From the NCBI GenBank assembly GCA_022710185.1, contig JAKLHK010000001.1, positions 632-64,631 on the forward strand: 64,000 bases of DNA. Direction: 5' to 3'. The notes under the pieces are model-generated. The model was not told where the DNA came from. It saw nothing but the letters and a program-made list of their open reading frames with translations, and did not search any database. The DNA comes from Bacteroidota bacterium (GTDB lineage Bacteria > Bacteroidota > Bacteroidia > Bacteroidales > JAGNHN01). A program made the position numbers and the translations under genes. Below are positions 9,925 through 20,097 of the stretch, in pieces. Positions within the stretch are counted from its first letter, which is position 1. Each line of letters begins with the position of its first letter.

Positions 9925-11009
9925 TGGATGACCATGCCTTTCCTTTGTATGCGCGGCCTGCCTTGCTGAAAGGAGAGATCCCGTCAGAAGGCCTTGGAAG
10001 CCGCTGGCAGAGTCCCTCGAACATTGCCCTGGTAAAATACTGGGGCAAGCATGGGGACCAGCTGCCCGCGAATGCCTCGGTCAGCCTTACCCTCGAAAAG
10101 AGCCATACCATCACGCGGGTCAATTTGAAGCCCGGGCATGGCAGGTTGCGCTTTTTTCTTGATGAGAAGGAGCAGCCCCTGTTTCAGCAGCGGCTGCAGA
10201 AAACCCTGCAGGGCTGGAAAGGCAGTTTGCCCTTCCTTGCGTCTGCGGACCTGGAGATCCATTCCTCGAACAGTTTCCCCCATTCTGCAGGCATCGCCTC
10301 CTCGGCTTCGGCCATGAGCGCACTGGCCTTATGTCTGGTTGACCTGGAGCACCAGCTGGGAGGCGACCTGAGCGAAAAGGAACGCCTCGACAAGGCCTCC
10401 TACCTGGCCAGGCTGGGGTCGGGCAGCGCATCCCGTTCTGTTTACCCCTTTGCTGCGGTGTGGGGGAAAACCACGACGCTGCCTGGCAGCGGACCGCTGA
10501 AAGCGGTGCCAGCTCCTCTCATCCATCCGGTATTCAAAGGGATGAAGGACAGCATCCTCATTGTAGACCCCGGGGTGAAGGCCGTTTCGAGTAGCGCGGG
10601 GCACCGCTTGATGGAAGGACACCCTTTCGCCCGGCAACGCTTCGAGCAGGCGGATGCCCATACCGCTGAAATGGTGAGCATTCTGGGCAGCGGCGACCTG
10701 GAGGCCTTCCTACGTATCGTGGAACAGGAGGCGCTTACCCTGCACGGGCTCATGATGAGCTCTGTCCCGGGATACCTTCTCCTGAGGCCCGGAACGCTCG
10801 AGATCATCCGTATCCTACGCGACTTCAGGGAACAAAACCATGTGCCCCTTTGTTTTACCCTGGATGCAGGCCCCAATGTGCACCTGCTGTATCCTGAAAC
10901 TGATGGGAACAAGGTCAGAACCCTGATCGATGAAATGCTGCTCCCCTGGTGCCACCAGGGATCTGTGATCCATGATGAAACCGGTGCCGGCCCCCGTCCA
11001 TTAACATAA
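9924..11009 (+). CDS. mvaD: Diphosphomevalonate decarboxylase
   Basis: 361 aa with WQSPSNIALVKYWGK and the GHMP motif SNSFPHSAGIASSAS. Confidence 0.9.
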   Translation: MDDHAFPLYARPALLKGEIPSEGLGSRWQSPSNIALVKYWGKHGDQLPANASVSLTLEKSHTITRVNLKPGHGRLRFFLDEKEQPLFQQRLQKTLQGWKGSLPFLASADLEIHSSNSFPHSAGIASSASAMSALALCLVDLEHQLGGDLSEKERLDKASYLARLGSGSASRSVYPFAAVWGKTTTLPGSGPLKAVPAPLIHPVFKGMKDSILIVDPGVKAVSSSAGHRLMEGHPFARQRFEQADAHTAEMVSILGSGDLEAFLRIVEQEALTLHGLMMSSVPGYLLLRPGTLEIIRILRDFREQNHVPLCFTLDAGPNVHLLYPETDGNKVRTLIDEMLLPWCHQGSVIHDETGAGPRPLT

Positions 11010-11028
11010 AGTACTGATTGAAAATAAG

Positions 11029-12003
11029 ATGAAGCAGAACAAGGATGTATTTTATGCCAAGGTGTTGCTCTTCGGGGAGTATTCGGTGATCTGCGACTCC
11101 ATGGGGCTTACCATGCCCTATACCCATTTCACGGGGGAGCTCAGCTTCATCAGTGATGAAAAATATACCGACTGCGAATTCGCGCTCAAGTCGAATCACA
11201 TGCTGAAGGACTACCTTCCCTTTCTGGAGGATCTGAAAGAGGAGGGCAAGCTGCTGTGCAATTTCGACCTGGAGGCCTTCCGTCGTGACCTGAGGCGGGG
11301 AATATATTTCGAATCGAGCATTCCCCAGGGCTATGGTATGGGCAGTTCGGGGGCATTGGTGGCCGCCTTGTACACCCGCTATGTAAGAGACCGCATCAAC
11401 GGGGACAGGCAGGTAAGTCCGGAAGGCATTCTCAGGCTGAAGACCATTTTTTCCCAGCTGGAGTCCCATTTTCACGGCACCAGCTCCGGCATAGATCCGC
11501 TCAACTGCTACATCAGCTATCCCTTGCTTATCCGCAGCAAGCAAGACATCCAGATCGTGGGAATCCCCCGCAACAAGCACGGCAACGGTGCCATATTCGC
11601 CATTAATACCCGCAGGGCGGGCAAGACCTCGCCCCTGGTGAGCTATTTCGTGGAACGCTGCAAGGAGCCGAGGTTCATGAAGAAGGTCAAGGAAGAGATG
11701 ATCCCGCTCACCAATTCTTGTATCAGCAGCCTCATCGATGGCGACACTCCTGGCTTCTTCCAGCATCTCCGGGCCCTGTCGCAGTTTCAGCTCGACAACC
11801 TGGATCCGATGATCCCTTCTGACTATCGCGACCTATGGGAGAACGGCATACGCACCGGGGATTATACCCTGAAGCTCTGTGGCTCCGGTGGGGGCGGCTT
11901 CATTCTGGGTTTCACGGAAAAATTTGACAAGGTAAGGGCCGACCTCATTCGCCTGGGGGAAGAGGTCGTTACCGTGTATCGTAATACCAGCCTGGACCAC
12001 TAA
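11029..12003 (+). CDS. mvk: Mevalonate kinase
   Basis: 324 aa with KVLLFGEYSVI and the GHMP ATP motif PQGYGMGSSGALVAAL. Confidence 0.8.
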   Translation: MKQNKDVFYAKVLLFGEYSVICDSMGLTMPYTHFTGELSFISDEKYTDCEFALKSNHMLKDYLPFLEDLKEEGKLLCNFDLEAFRRDLRRGIYFESSIPQGYGMGSSGALVAALYTRYVRDRINGDRQVSPEGILRLKTIFSQLESHFHGTSSGIDPLNCYISYPLLIRSKQDIQIVGIPRNKHGNGAIFAINTRRAGKTSPLVSYFVERCKEPRFMKKVKEEMIPLTNSCISSLIDGDTPGFFQHLRALSQFQLDNLDPMIPSDYRDLWENGIRTGDYTLKLCGSGGGGFILGFTEKFDKVRADLIRLGEEVVTVYRNTSLDH

Positions 12004-12008
12004 ACCTG

Positions 12009-13640
12009 ATGCTCATGACCTTATCCGGAATGATTGTGGATGTGGTTGGAGGAACAATGTTCCCCGGCACCCTGCATATTGAAGGTGGCCGTATTACCCG
12101 GGTGGAAAAGGGGGGACGGGCCGGGGGGCCGTACATCCTCCCCGGGCTGATCGACGCCCATGTGCACATTGAGAGTTCCATGCTCCTGCCCTCAGAGTTT
12201 GCCCGGCTGGCCGTGGTGCATGGCACCACCGGCAGTGTTTCCGACCCTCATGAGATCGCCAACGTGCTGGGGGTGGAAGGGGTCAGGTTTATGATTGACA
12301 ATGGGCGTAAGGTTCCCTTCCGATTCTGTTTTGGTGCGCCTTCCTGTGTGCCGGCTACCGCTTTCGAAACGGCTGGGGCCAGCCTGGGTTTGGCCGAAGT
12401 GGAAGAACTGCTTGCCCTGGATGAGGTGAAGTACCTCAGTGAGATGATGAACTTTCCCGGTGTCCTGCATGCCGACCCTGAGGTGATGGCCAAACTGGGC
12501 GCCGCCGCCCGGGCAGGCAAACCCGTGGACGGCCATGCGCCGGGGCTGCGTGCTGAGGGTGCCGCTCGCTATGCTGCGGCTGGAATCAGCACTGATCATG
12601 AATGTTTTGACCTGGATGAGGCCCGTGAGAAGATACACCATGGTATGAAGGTGCTGATCCGCGAAGGCAGCGCCGCCCGTAACTTCGATACCCTCCTTCC
12701 CCTGCTGGCCGAATCCCCGGAAAAGGTGATGTTCTGTTCCGATGACAAGCATCCCGACGATCTGGTTGCCGGCCATCTTGACATACTGGTGCGCAGGGCC
12801 CTGGCTGCGGGCTACGAACCAATACCTGTGTTGCGCGCCGTAACCCTGAACCCCATCAGGCATTACGGCATGGAGGCCGGATTGCTGCAGGAAGGCGATA
12901 TGGCCGACTTTATCATTGTGGACGACCTGGACACTTTCCGGGTAAGGCAGACCTGGATCGGCGGACAATTGGTAGCCGAGGATGGCCGCAGCCTGATTGC
13001 CGGGGTACAGGAGAGTGCCCCCAATAAATTTCTGGCCAGAATGCCCCGGGCCGAAGAGCTCAGGGTTGCCGAGGTTCCGGGTGCGTTGAGGGTACTCCGT
13101 GCCTTTGACGGACAGTTGATCACCGAATCCTGTACTATGACCCCCCGGGTCGAGCAAGGAGAGGTAGTATGCGACCCCGGGCGCGACCTGCTCAAGCTGG
13201 TGGTGCTCAACCGTTATGCCGAGGCCCTTCCGGCGCTCGGTTTTATTACCGGCTTCGGGTTGAAGCGAGGGGCCCTGGCATCCACCGTGGCCCACGACAG
13301 CCACAACATCATCTGCGTCGGGACCAACGATACCGATATCCTGAGGGCCATTTCCCTGCTGATCCAATGCAAGGGAGGAATAGTGGCCGTTGATGGTAAC
13401 CAGGAAGTCCTGCTCCCCCTGCCTGTGGCCGGGATTATGTCGGACCGCGACGGATATACCGTGGCCCGCGACTATGAGCGCCTCGACGCACAGGCCAAGG
13501 CCCTGGGTTCAGGCCTTCGCTCCCCCTTCATGACCCTTTCCTTCATGGCCCTGCTGGTGATCCCTTCATTGAAGCTCAGCGACCAGGGGATTTTTGACGG
13601 GGATACCTTCCGCTTTACCACCCTGTTTAAAAGTTTATGA
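12009..13640 (+). CDS. ade: Adenine deaminase
   Basis: 543 aa with GLIDAHVHIESSML and the full-length adenine deaminase pattern (DGHAPG, STDHE). It starts 5 nt after the mvk stop. Confidence 0.85.
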   Translation: MLMTLSGMIVDVVGGTMFPGTLHIEGGRITRVEKGGRAGGPYILPGLIDAHVHIESSMLLPSEFARLAVVHGTTGSVSDPHEIANVLGVEGVRFMIDNGRKVPFRFCFGAPSCVPATAFETAGASLGLAEVEELLALDEVKYLSEMMNFPGVLHADPEVMAKLGAAARAGKPVDGHAPGLRAEGAARYAAAGISTDHECFDLDEAREKIHHGMKVLIREGSAARNFDTLLPLLAESPEKVMFCSDDKHPDDLVAGHLDILVRRALAAGYEPIPVLRAVTLNPIRHYGMEAGLLQEGDMADFIIVDDLDTFRVRQTWIGGQLVAEDGRSLIAGVQESAPNKFLARMPRAEELRVAEVPGALRVLRAFDGQLITESCTMTPRVEQGEVVCDPGRDLLKLVVLNRYAEALPALGFITGFGLKRGALASTVAHDSHNIICVGTNDTDILRAISLLIQCKGGIVAVDGNQEVLLPLPVAGIMSDRDGYTVARDYERLDAQAKALGSGLRSPFMTLSFMALLVIPSLKLSDQGIFDGDTFRFTTLFKSL

Positions 13641-13673
13641 CATTTACATATCTATTTATTAGTAATTAGCCTA

Positions 13674-13681
13674 TATATTTG
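13674..13681 (+). promoter_or_regulatory. -7 box TATATTTG
   Basis: TAnnTTTG match 17 nt upstream of the ATG at 13698. Confidence 0.4.
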
Positions 13682-13697
13682 TGCAAATTTCTGGAAA

Positions 13698-13997
13698 ATG
13701 AAAAAACTGGATTTGGATGTTGTGAAGCTGGAGATGGCTGCAAGTAAGCTCAGGGCCATGGCCCATCCGATGCGTATAGCCATCATCGACCTCCTACACA
13801 ACCATAAGAAGCAGAGTGTGACCGAGATCTATCAGAAGCTTGATATCGAGCAGGCCGCGGCTTCCCATCACCTCAATATCCTCAAGAACAAAGGGGTACT
13901 GGTATCGAAGCGGGACGGCAAGAAGATCTTCTATTCCCTGCGCAACGACACGCTGACGGAGATCATCGATTGCATCAACCGCTGCAACGAGGAATAA
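13698..13997 (+). CDS. ArsR/SmtB-family winged-helix transcriptional regulator
   Basis: 99 aa with MAHPMRIAIIDLL...SVTEIYQKLDIEQAAASHHLNILKNKGVLVSKRDGKKIFYSL. Confidence 0.85.
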   Translation: MKKLDLDVVKLEMAASKLRAMAHPMRIAIIDLLHNHKKQSVTEIYQKLDIEQAAASHHLNILKNKGVLVSKRDGKKIFYSLRNDTLTEIIDCINRCNEE

Positions 13998-14003
13998 GCC
14001 GGA

Positions 14004-15779
14004 CTATTCAGGGTTTAGGCGGAACTTTTCCCTGAGCTCCCATTTAGCCCTTACGTTGAGTTCTGCAGGGAAGCGGACCATGCGTTCCGCTTGGATCCCC
14101 GCCTTGAAGAACCCGCTGTCCCATCGACCATTATCATTGGCGTCATGGTAAGCCCTGAGTTGGTATTTGCCGGCCTGAAGCAAGGTAAACACCACTTCAC
14201 CCACTCCCTGCCGTCGTACCCTGGCGGCCACTTCCTTACGCGGGCCCATCAATTCCACCGTCCATAAGGAATCATACGCCCCGCTCAGTTCTATGGTGAG
14301 CGACCCGGCATCTTCAGCCGTCAGGGTCCTCAGCCGGAAAGCGGTGGAATCGTTGTACCATCCGCGGATATCGCGGAAGGCGCTGTCGTAGCATATCAGC
14401 AGGTATTCAGTCCCCGGCTTCAGGGGGCTGAGCAGCCGCACTTTCCCCGGATCTACTGTATCCATGCTGTAGAGCGCTTCCAGCGTATCCCCTCCTCCCT
14501 GCAGCCACAGTTGCCCGGGGTACAGGCTGTCGAGGGGGTAGGAAAAGCTCAGGAACGCGGGCTCTGTGGCGAAGAAGTTGCGCATGGGCTGGAAGCCGGC
14601 CTGCAATCGTTCACTGGCAGGTGTAGGGGTGATGGCACGCCCGGGCTTGCGTGTCACACTGCGCTCTTTCAGACTGAGCGCCAGAGTATCCTTCCAACCG
14701 CTATGCTCGTCTGTGACTTGCAGGCGCAGGCTGTCGCCTGCAGACTGAAGCAACCATAGGTCAATACTGTCACGGGTTTGGTTAAAGGTCAGGAGGGACC
14801 ATCTTCCTGAAAATGTAGTGTCCAGGGGATGAAGTTTCAATGACCCTACGGGATTGCTGAATTCCAGCCTGATGTGCGCCGTACCTGGCACCCAGGCCTT
14901 GAGCAGCCGCTGGCTGGTGTCCTGATCAAGGAACAATCGCAGGGCGGGCTGGGGCACCGACATTAATCTGAGCGTATCCTCCGCGATCGGCACCATGCTG
15001 TCGGGCATCAGGCTGTCCCGGGCCAGACTATCCCTTTGGGCCATCCCCTGTCCTGTATCCGGAGCCCGGGGTGGTATTTGGGGGATGAAGGAGAGGGCAT
15101 CGAAGGCGATGGCCTCGTTCGGCAAGTCGAAGTAGGCGTTTGCGTTGGCATCTTTGAGCGCGTATACCCGGAATGAGTCCATGGGAAGGTTATACACCGA
15201 GAAGCTTCCATCGGCACGGCTACGGGTGATGTAATCCGGCGGTCGTAGGGTGAACAGGCTGTCCCCGGCATCCCGGTACAGGCAGATCAGGGCATCTGCG
15301 ACGGCTTCCCCGCTATAGGCATCCGTGAGTCTGCCCTTCATCTCCAGTGAGTCGCGGACTGGCCCTGTACTGAAAGAGTAGGTGAAGTCCTTCAGCACGT
15401 TGCCTTCCGTGATATCGCGGATGGCATTGCCGAAATACAGGGTATAGGTAGTGTTCTCCGTCAGGCTGTCGGGCAGGTCGACAAGCATGGACTTCCCCCT
15501 GAGGTGGACCTCGGGGGTTTCGCCCAATGGCGGGGATATGAACAGCTGACTCTGAAGGTCCTTCAGCTCCAGAAACTCATCGAAGGTGATCCTTACCTGC
15601 CCTGCGTGAAGGTTCAGACTGCGGTCGGGGGGATCGGCCTGGAGTACTGCGGGGGGACGGAGGTCTTTGGGGCCTCCTTCCGGGGATACGATATTGGCAC
15701 AGCCTGCGGCCAGCATCAAGGCAAAGCACCCTGCCATCAGGACCGCTGGGTGGAGGAGGTCACGATACCGAAGAGCCAT
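14004..15779 (-). CDS. Ig-like domain lipoprotein, function unknown
   Basis: Track ORF 14004..15791. I prefer the second Met (MALRYRDLLHPAVLMAGCFALMLAAGC, with a lipobox). It is the last gene of the DUF2723-deacetylase operon. The SbsA-type Ig-like N-terminal region is judged by eye. Confidence 0.6.
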   Translation of the reverse strand: MALRYRDLLHPAVLMAGCFALMLAAGCANIVSPEGGPKDLRPPAVLQADPPDRSLNLHAGQVRITFDEFLELKDLQSQLFISPPLGETPEVHLRGKSMLVDLPDSLTENTTYTLYFGNAIRDITEGNVLKDFTYSFSTGPVRDSLEMKGRLTDAYSGEAVADALICLYRDAGDSLFTLRPPDYITRSRADGSFSVYNLPMDSFRVYALKDANANAYFDLPNEAIAFDALSFIPQIPPRAPDTGQGMAQRDSLARDSLMPDSMVPIAEDTLRLMSVPQPALRLFLDQDTSQRLLKAWVPGTAHIRLEFSNPVGSLKLHPLDTTFSGRWSLLTFNQTRDSIDLWLLQSAGDSLRLQVTDEHSGWKDTLALSLKERSVTRKPGRAITPTPASERLQAGFQPMRNFFATEPAFLSFSYPLDSLYPGQLWLQGGGDTLEALYSMDTVDPGKVRLLSPLKPGTEYLLICYDSAFRDIRGWYNDSTAFRLRTLTAEDAGSLTIELSGAYDSLWTVELMGPRKEVAARVRRQGVGEVVFTLLQAGKYQLRAYHDANDNGRWDSGFFKAGIQAERMVRFPAELNVRAKWELREKFRLNPE

Positions 15780-16431
15780 CTGAACGGGCATTTCTTAGTC
15801 GATCGGGGGTCAAGGGTTCAAAAGTAAAGCCTTTCGCGCGGAATTCCTCCAGGAAAGGGGGAAGGACGCGGTTCAGCTTATCCAGGCAGCGCGGACTGTC
15901 GTGGAACACCACCACTGAGCCTGACCCACTGAACTTGAGCACGTTATCCAGGCATTGCCCGGCACTGACCTCAGGATGGAAGTCCCAGCTCAGCACCGTC
16001 CACAGCACGATGTCCATTTCCGGGGCTATGGCTTTCACCTGTGAAGGCCGGATCCGGCCGTAGGGCGGCCTGAACAAACTACCACCGATAAGTGCCTGTG
16101 CCTTTCGGACATCCTCAAGATAGTCGGGTGTAGCAGTACGCCAGCCGTTGAGATGGGAGAAGGTATGGTTCCCGGCAGCATGGCCTTCCTCCTTCAACCG
16201 TTGCAGGAGGTCCGGGTACTTACGCGCATTGTCGCCCACACAGAAGAAGGTGGCCCGGGCATCGAAGGACTTCAGGATATCGAGCACCCTGGGGGTGGCA
16301 CCGGGCACCGGGCCGTCGTCGAATGTCAGGTAAAGGACTGAACCCCCGGGATCACCCTGCCAATGCAACTGTTTCGGCAACAGCCGGCGCAGCAGCCTGG
16401 GAGAGTGAACGGGATGGTAGGCCAGCCCCAT
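15760..16431 (-). CDS. Polysaccharide deacetylase (NodB homology) family protein
   Basis: 223 aa with LTFDDGP, and FFCVGDN...HAAGNHTFSH motifs. Confidence 0.85.
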   Translation of the reverse strand: MGLAYHPVHSPRLLRRLLPKQLHWQGDPGGSVLYLTFDDGPVPGATPRVLDILKSFDARATFFCVGDNARKYPDLLQRLKEEGHAAGNHTFSHLNGWRTATPDYLEDVRKAQALIGGSLFRPPYGRIRPSQVKAIAPEMDIVLWTVLSWDFHPEVSAGQCLDNVLKFSGSGSVVVFHDSPRCLDKLNRVLPPFLEEFRAKGFTFEPLTPDRLRNARSDGSSVS

Positions 16432-16433
16432 GC

Positions 16434-19400
16434 TCAGGGATTGGCCGGGAGAGAAGTCCCGGGTTGTCCCACATAACGCCCGTAGTAATCCTCAAGCGCC
16501 GTTCGCGCCTGTTCCGACAATGCAGTGCTCTGGTAACGCTTGCTGACCTCCGTAATGCTGTTCAGCACGGCCAGGGCCTGGCGCTTGTTGTCATCCAATG
16601 AAGGTGCAAAACGGGTGGGGTAGCGGAAATAATGCCTCAGGTCGTCGGTAGTGGTCTCCAACAGCCGGGCAAGGATGGTGTCAGCCTTATCCTGGTCTCC
16701 GCAGCCGTAATAGGCCTCGGCCACCGGTATCATGAAGAAATTGTATGGAATGCTGGCATCGGGGATGGCCTGGACGATGCGGTCGCAGACCTCCCTGGCT
16801 CTCAGGGTGTCGCCTTGCTGCAGCAGTTCGAAGGCCAGCCTTCCGTATGAGTTCCTCAGGTTCATGGCCATACGCACATGGTCGTTGCTCATGAAGAGGC
16901 CCGGGTCGCTCATATCCAGCCGGAACCTTTCCATAAGGTTGGTGTACATCTTCTCTGCGTTCACCCTGCCGAACTGCCCGTCGGCGCTGGGGGTACGAAT
17001 GGGTACCAGCCGATAGGCCAGGCCCTCCACCTGGAAGTAGTCGGTGAGCCCGGCATAGGCTTCTTCTCCGGCGGTGATGGCGAAATACACCGGACGGTCC
17101 CAGTTGAAATGGGCCAGCAGGTCAAGCATCATGAGGTTGTTCTTCTGCACCCCGCCCCCCGGAACGGTCCATTGCAGCACCGGCTGCACCAGATGGGCAT
17201 CGCGTGGGGAAACAGTACCGTTGGCGACCACCTTGGCCGAATCGACGCTGATCTGGAAGTTACGGGTGGGGAAGAAATCCACTTTCCCGATCTGGGTCTG
17301 CATCTGCAGGCGTTCGGGCTGTTCATGCATCACGGTGAACAGGTCGGTGAGGTCCACATAGCCCTTCATATCGTCCCGTTCAACGAAATAAACGATATCG
17401 CGGGTCCCCTGACGGTATTGTTCCTGGGTGAGCGAGAAGGGCACCGGATCGGAATCGTAGGCCTTGCGCTTCATCTGGTCAACATACCAGTCGGTATTCA
17501 GCAGGCTGAGGTTCACCACGCGCACATCGGTACGTATGCCTTCCACCTCCTGGGCATACCAGAGGGGGAAGGTGTCGTTGTCGCCGTTGGTAAACAGGAT
17601 GGCATGGGGATCACAGGAGTTCAGGTAATTGATGGCCACCTCAAGTGCGGTATACCTGCGGGCACGGGTGTGGTCGTCCCATCCTTCGCTGGCCATGATG
17701 GCCGGGACGGCGGTGAGCGTAACCACGGTAGCCACCAGCGCTGCCGGAGCGGGGGAAACGATCTTACGCAGCCCCTGCCATACCGCGAGCACGCCTAATC
17801 CGATCCATATCCCGAAAGCATAGAAGGACGCAGCGTAAGCATAATCCCTCTCCCTGGGCTGGTATGCATGCTGGTTCAGATAGATTACGATGGCCAGGCC
17901 GGTCATTGCAAACAGCAGGCCCACGATGAGGGTGTCGTGGGGGCTCCGCTTCCACTGGAAGAAAAGACCGGCCAGTCCGAGCAACAGGGGCAGGAGGTAA
18001 AACTTGTTGGTGGCCTTGTTCTCCATGGATTCGGGCAGGTTGTCCTGGGGCCCTAGCCGGGCCTCATCCAGGAAAGGGATCCCGCTGATCCAGTTCCCAT
18101 CCAAAGGGCCACCCATCCCCTGGTGGTCATTCTGCCTTCCGGCGAAGTTCCACATGAAATAACGGAAATACATATAGTCCAGCTGGTACCTCCAGAAATA
18201 CCGGAGGTTTTCGCGGAAGGTAGGCACGGACTCTGTCTGGGTGCTGCCATCCGGACCGGTAATGCTGACCGGTCTACCCTGCATCTTCGACCATTCCTTG
18301 TAATTACGGGCGTAGGAGGAGGCCTGGTTGTTCCACATGCGGGGGAAGATCGTGGTGAAGCGGGGATCATAAACCGGGATAGTACCTTCCCGGGTATCGG
18401 TGATGATGTAGCGTCCGCTTTCTTTATCCTTGGTATACAAGGGCTTGCCATCCTCCCGGTCGATCACTGGGGCATTGAAATACGGTCCTTTGAACAGTGG
18501 GGTGCTGCCGTACTGCTCACGGTTGAGATAGGCCAGCAGGCCGATGGCATTTTCAGGATTGTTCTCGTCGATGGGTGGATTGGCATTGGAGCGGATGATA
18601 AGCAGGAAGAAGGACGAGTAGCCAATGAGCAGGAAGGTAAAGGCCAGGATGGCGGTATAGGCCACCTGTTTTCCACGGCTGACAGCCCAGCGTAGTCCGA
18701 ATACGATACCTGCGGTGAGCGTGAGGAAGTATATCACCGTACCCACATCGAAGGGCATACCCAGGACATTGACGAAGAACAGCTCGAACCAGCCTGCCAG
18801 CTTCACGATCCAGGGGATAATGCCGTAGAGGGCGAGGGCAAGCAGGGCAACGGAAATGATCAGGGTAAGGAAGATCCCTTTTCGGGTGGCCTGATATTTT
18901 CTGAAGTAGAAAATGAAGGCGATGGCGGGAATAGCCAGGAGATTAAGCAAGTGGACGCCGATGGACAGGCCGATCAGGTAAGCGATGAGGATAAGCCACC
19001 GCCAGGAGCGGGGTTCATCGGCCACGGCTTCCCAGCGCAGCATGGCCCAGAACACCAGGGCCGTGAAGAAGCTGGACATGGCGTATACCTCGCCTTCCAC
19101 CGCACTGAACCAGAAGGAATCGGAAAAGGTGTAGGCGAGGGCGCCGACCAATCCGCTGCCTAAAATGGCCAGCATCTCCCCTTTTTCAGGTTCCCGGCCG
19201 GGGGCAACGATTTTGCGGGCCAGCATGGTGATGCTCCAGAAGAGGAAAAGGATGGTGAAGCTGCTCGACAAGGCCGACATCGTGTTCACCATGCGGGCCA
19301 CCTGGGTTTCATCCCCGAAGGCAAAAAGGGAAAAGAAACGCCCCAGCATCTGGAAAAGGGGTGCTCCGGGCGGGTGGCCAACCTGAAGCTTGAAGGCGGT

Positions 19401-19517
19401 GGCGATATACTCTCCGCAGTCCCAGAAGCTCACGGTAGGTTCAGCGGTCATGATATAGACCACGGAGGCGGCCAGGAACACCAGCCATCCCTGGATGTTG
19501 TTGATCTTCTTATACAT
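16434..19517 (-). CDS. DUF2723 (GT117-like) large polytopic membrane protein
   Basis: Track ORF 16434..19556. I start at MYKKINNIQGWLVF (ATG at 19517). It has the FWDCGEYIATAFKLQVGHPPGAPLF motif, many TM helices and a C-terminal TPR-like tail. Confidence 0.8.
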   Translation of the reverse strand: MYKKINNIQGWLVFLAASVVYIMTAEPTVSFWDCGEYIATAFKLQVGHPPGAPLFQMLGRFFSLFAFGDETQVARMVNTMSALSSSFTILFLFWSITMLARKIVAPGREPEKGEMLAILGSGLVGALAYTFSDSFWFSAVEGEVYAMSSFFTALVFWAMLRWEAVADEPRSWRWLILIAYLIGLSIGVHLLNLLAIPAIAFIFYFRKYQATRKGIFLTLIISVALLALALYGIIPWIVKLAGWFELFFVNVLGMPFDVGTVIYFLTLTAGIVFGLRWAVSRGKQVAYTAILAFTFLLIGYSSFFLLIIRSNANPPIDENNPENAIGLLAYLNREQYGSTPLFKGPYFNAPVIDREDGKPLYTKDKESGRYIITDTREGTIPVYDPRFTTIFPRMWNNQASSYARNYKEWSKMQGRPVSITGPDGSTQTESVPTFRENLRYFWRYQLDYMYFRYFMWNFAGRQNDHQGMGGPLDGNWISGIPFLDEARLGPQDNLPESMENKATNKFYLLPLLLGLAGLFFQWKRSPHDTLIVGLLFAMTGLAIVIYLNQHAYQPRERDYAYAASFYAFGIWIGLGVLAVWQGLRKIVSPAPAALVATVVTLTAVPAIMASEGWDDHTRARRYTALEVAINYLNSCDPHAILFTNGDNDTFPLWYAQEVEGIRTDVRVVNLSLLNTDWYVDQMKRKAYDSDPVPFSLTQEQYRQGTRDIVYFVERDDMKGYVDLTDLFTVMHEQPERLQMQTQIGKVDFFPTRNFQISVDSAKVVANGTVSPRDAHLVQPVLQWTVPGGGVQKNNLMMLDLLAHFNWDRPVYFAITAGEEAYAGLTDYFQVEGLAYRLVPIRTPSADGQFGRVNAEKMYTNLMERFRLDMSDPGLFMSNDHVRMAMNLRNSYGRLAFELLQQGDTLRAREVCDRIVQAIPDASIPYNFFMIPVAEAYYGCGDQDKADTILARLLETTTDDLRHYFRYPTRFAPSLDDNKRQALAVLNSITEVSKRYQSTALSEQARTALEDYYGRYVGQPGTSLPANP

Positions 19518-19685
19518 AGAATTATTCCGATGCGTTTTTTTCAAAATCCGCTGCAAGATACCAAATGATCAGGCATCAAGGCATGGAAGGGTACAGAATG
19601 CGAAGGCCACAAGGGCAAAGCAGGGGGCCTGGCAACACGGCTTCCATGAGGGCTAAGGAAAGGGACGAAGGGGAGAGCCCGCGCT

Positions 19686-20039
19686 TTATTGTCCGATGTA
19701 GACAGTGCGGTATACTGTTTTGCCCGGCTTGAGGCGGATGACGGAGGCTCCGGTGAGGATGGTTCCGGTATCCTGGGTAACATGGATATCCAGAATGGCC
19801 TCCAGCTCGAACACATGGCTGAACTCCCCATCGCCGTTGGTAACCCCTTCAACATGAATGTCGTTCTTGCTCAGGACCACATTGGCCCCTGACACCAGTT
19901 GGGTGGTATCCCCCAGGTATTTGACCACGACCACTGCCTCCATGTCCCCCCCTTCTTCTTCACAGGAAGGAAAAACGAACAGGGCGGCAAGCACCATCAG
20001 TGGCAGTATGGCACGGATTATGCGGAAAGGGATGCTCAT
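19686..20039 (-). CDS. Small lipoprotein, function unknown (carboxypeptidase-regulatory-like beta sandwich?)
   Basis: 117 aa with a lipobox (LFVFPSC) and a GANVVL...GVTNGDGEF pattern. Confidence 0.55.
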   Translation of the reverse strand: MSIPFRIIRAILPLMVLAALFVFPSCEEEGGDMEAVVVVKYLGDTTQLVSGANVVLSKNDIHVEGVTNGDGEFSHVFELEAILDIHVTQDTGTILTGASVIRLKPGKTVYRTVYIGQ

Positions 20040-20049
20040 GGAAAAATCG

Positions 20050-20057
20050 TACTTTTG
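20050..20057 (+). promoter_or_regulatory. -7 box TACTTTTG
   Basis: TAnnTTTG match 41 nt upstream of the ATG at 20098. Confidence 0.45.
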
Positions 20058-20097
20058 CCCGATAAGGCTTCAAATATACGCAATCTCTCATACAGCC

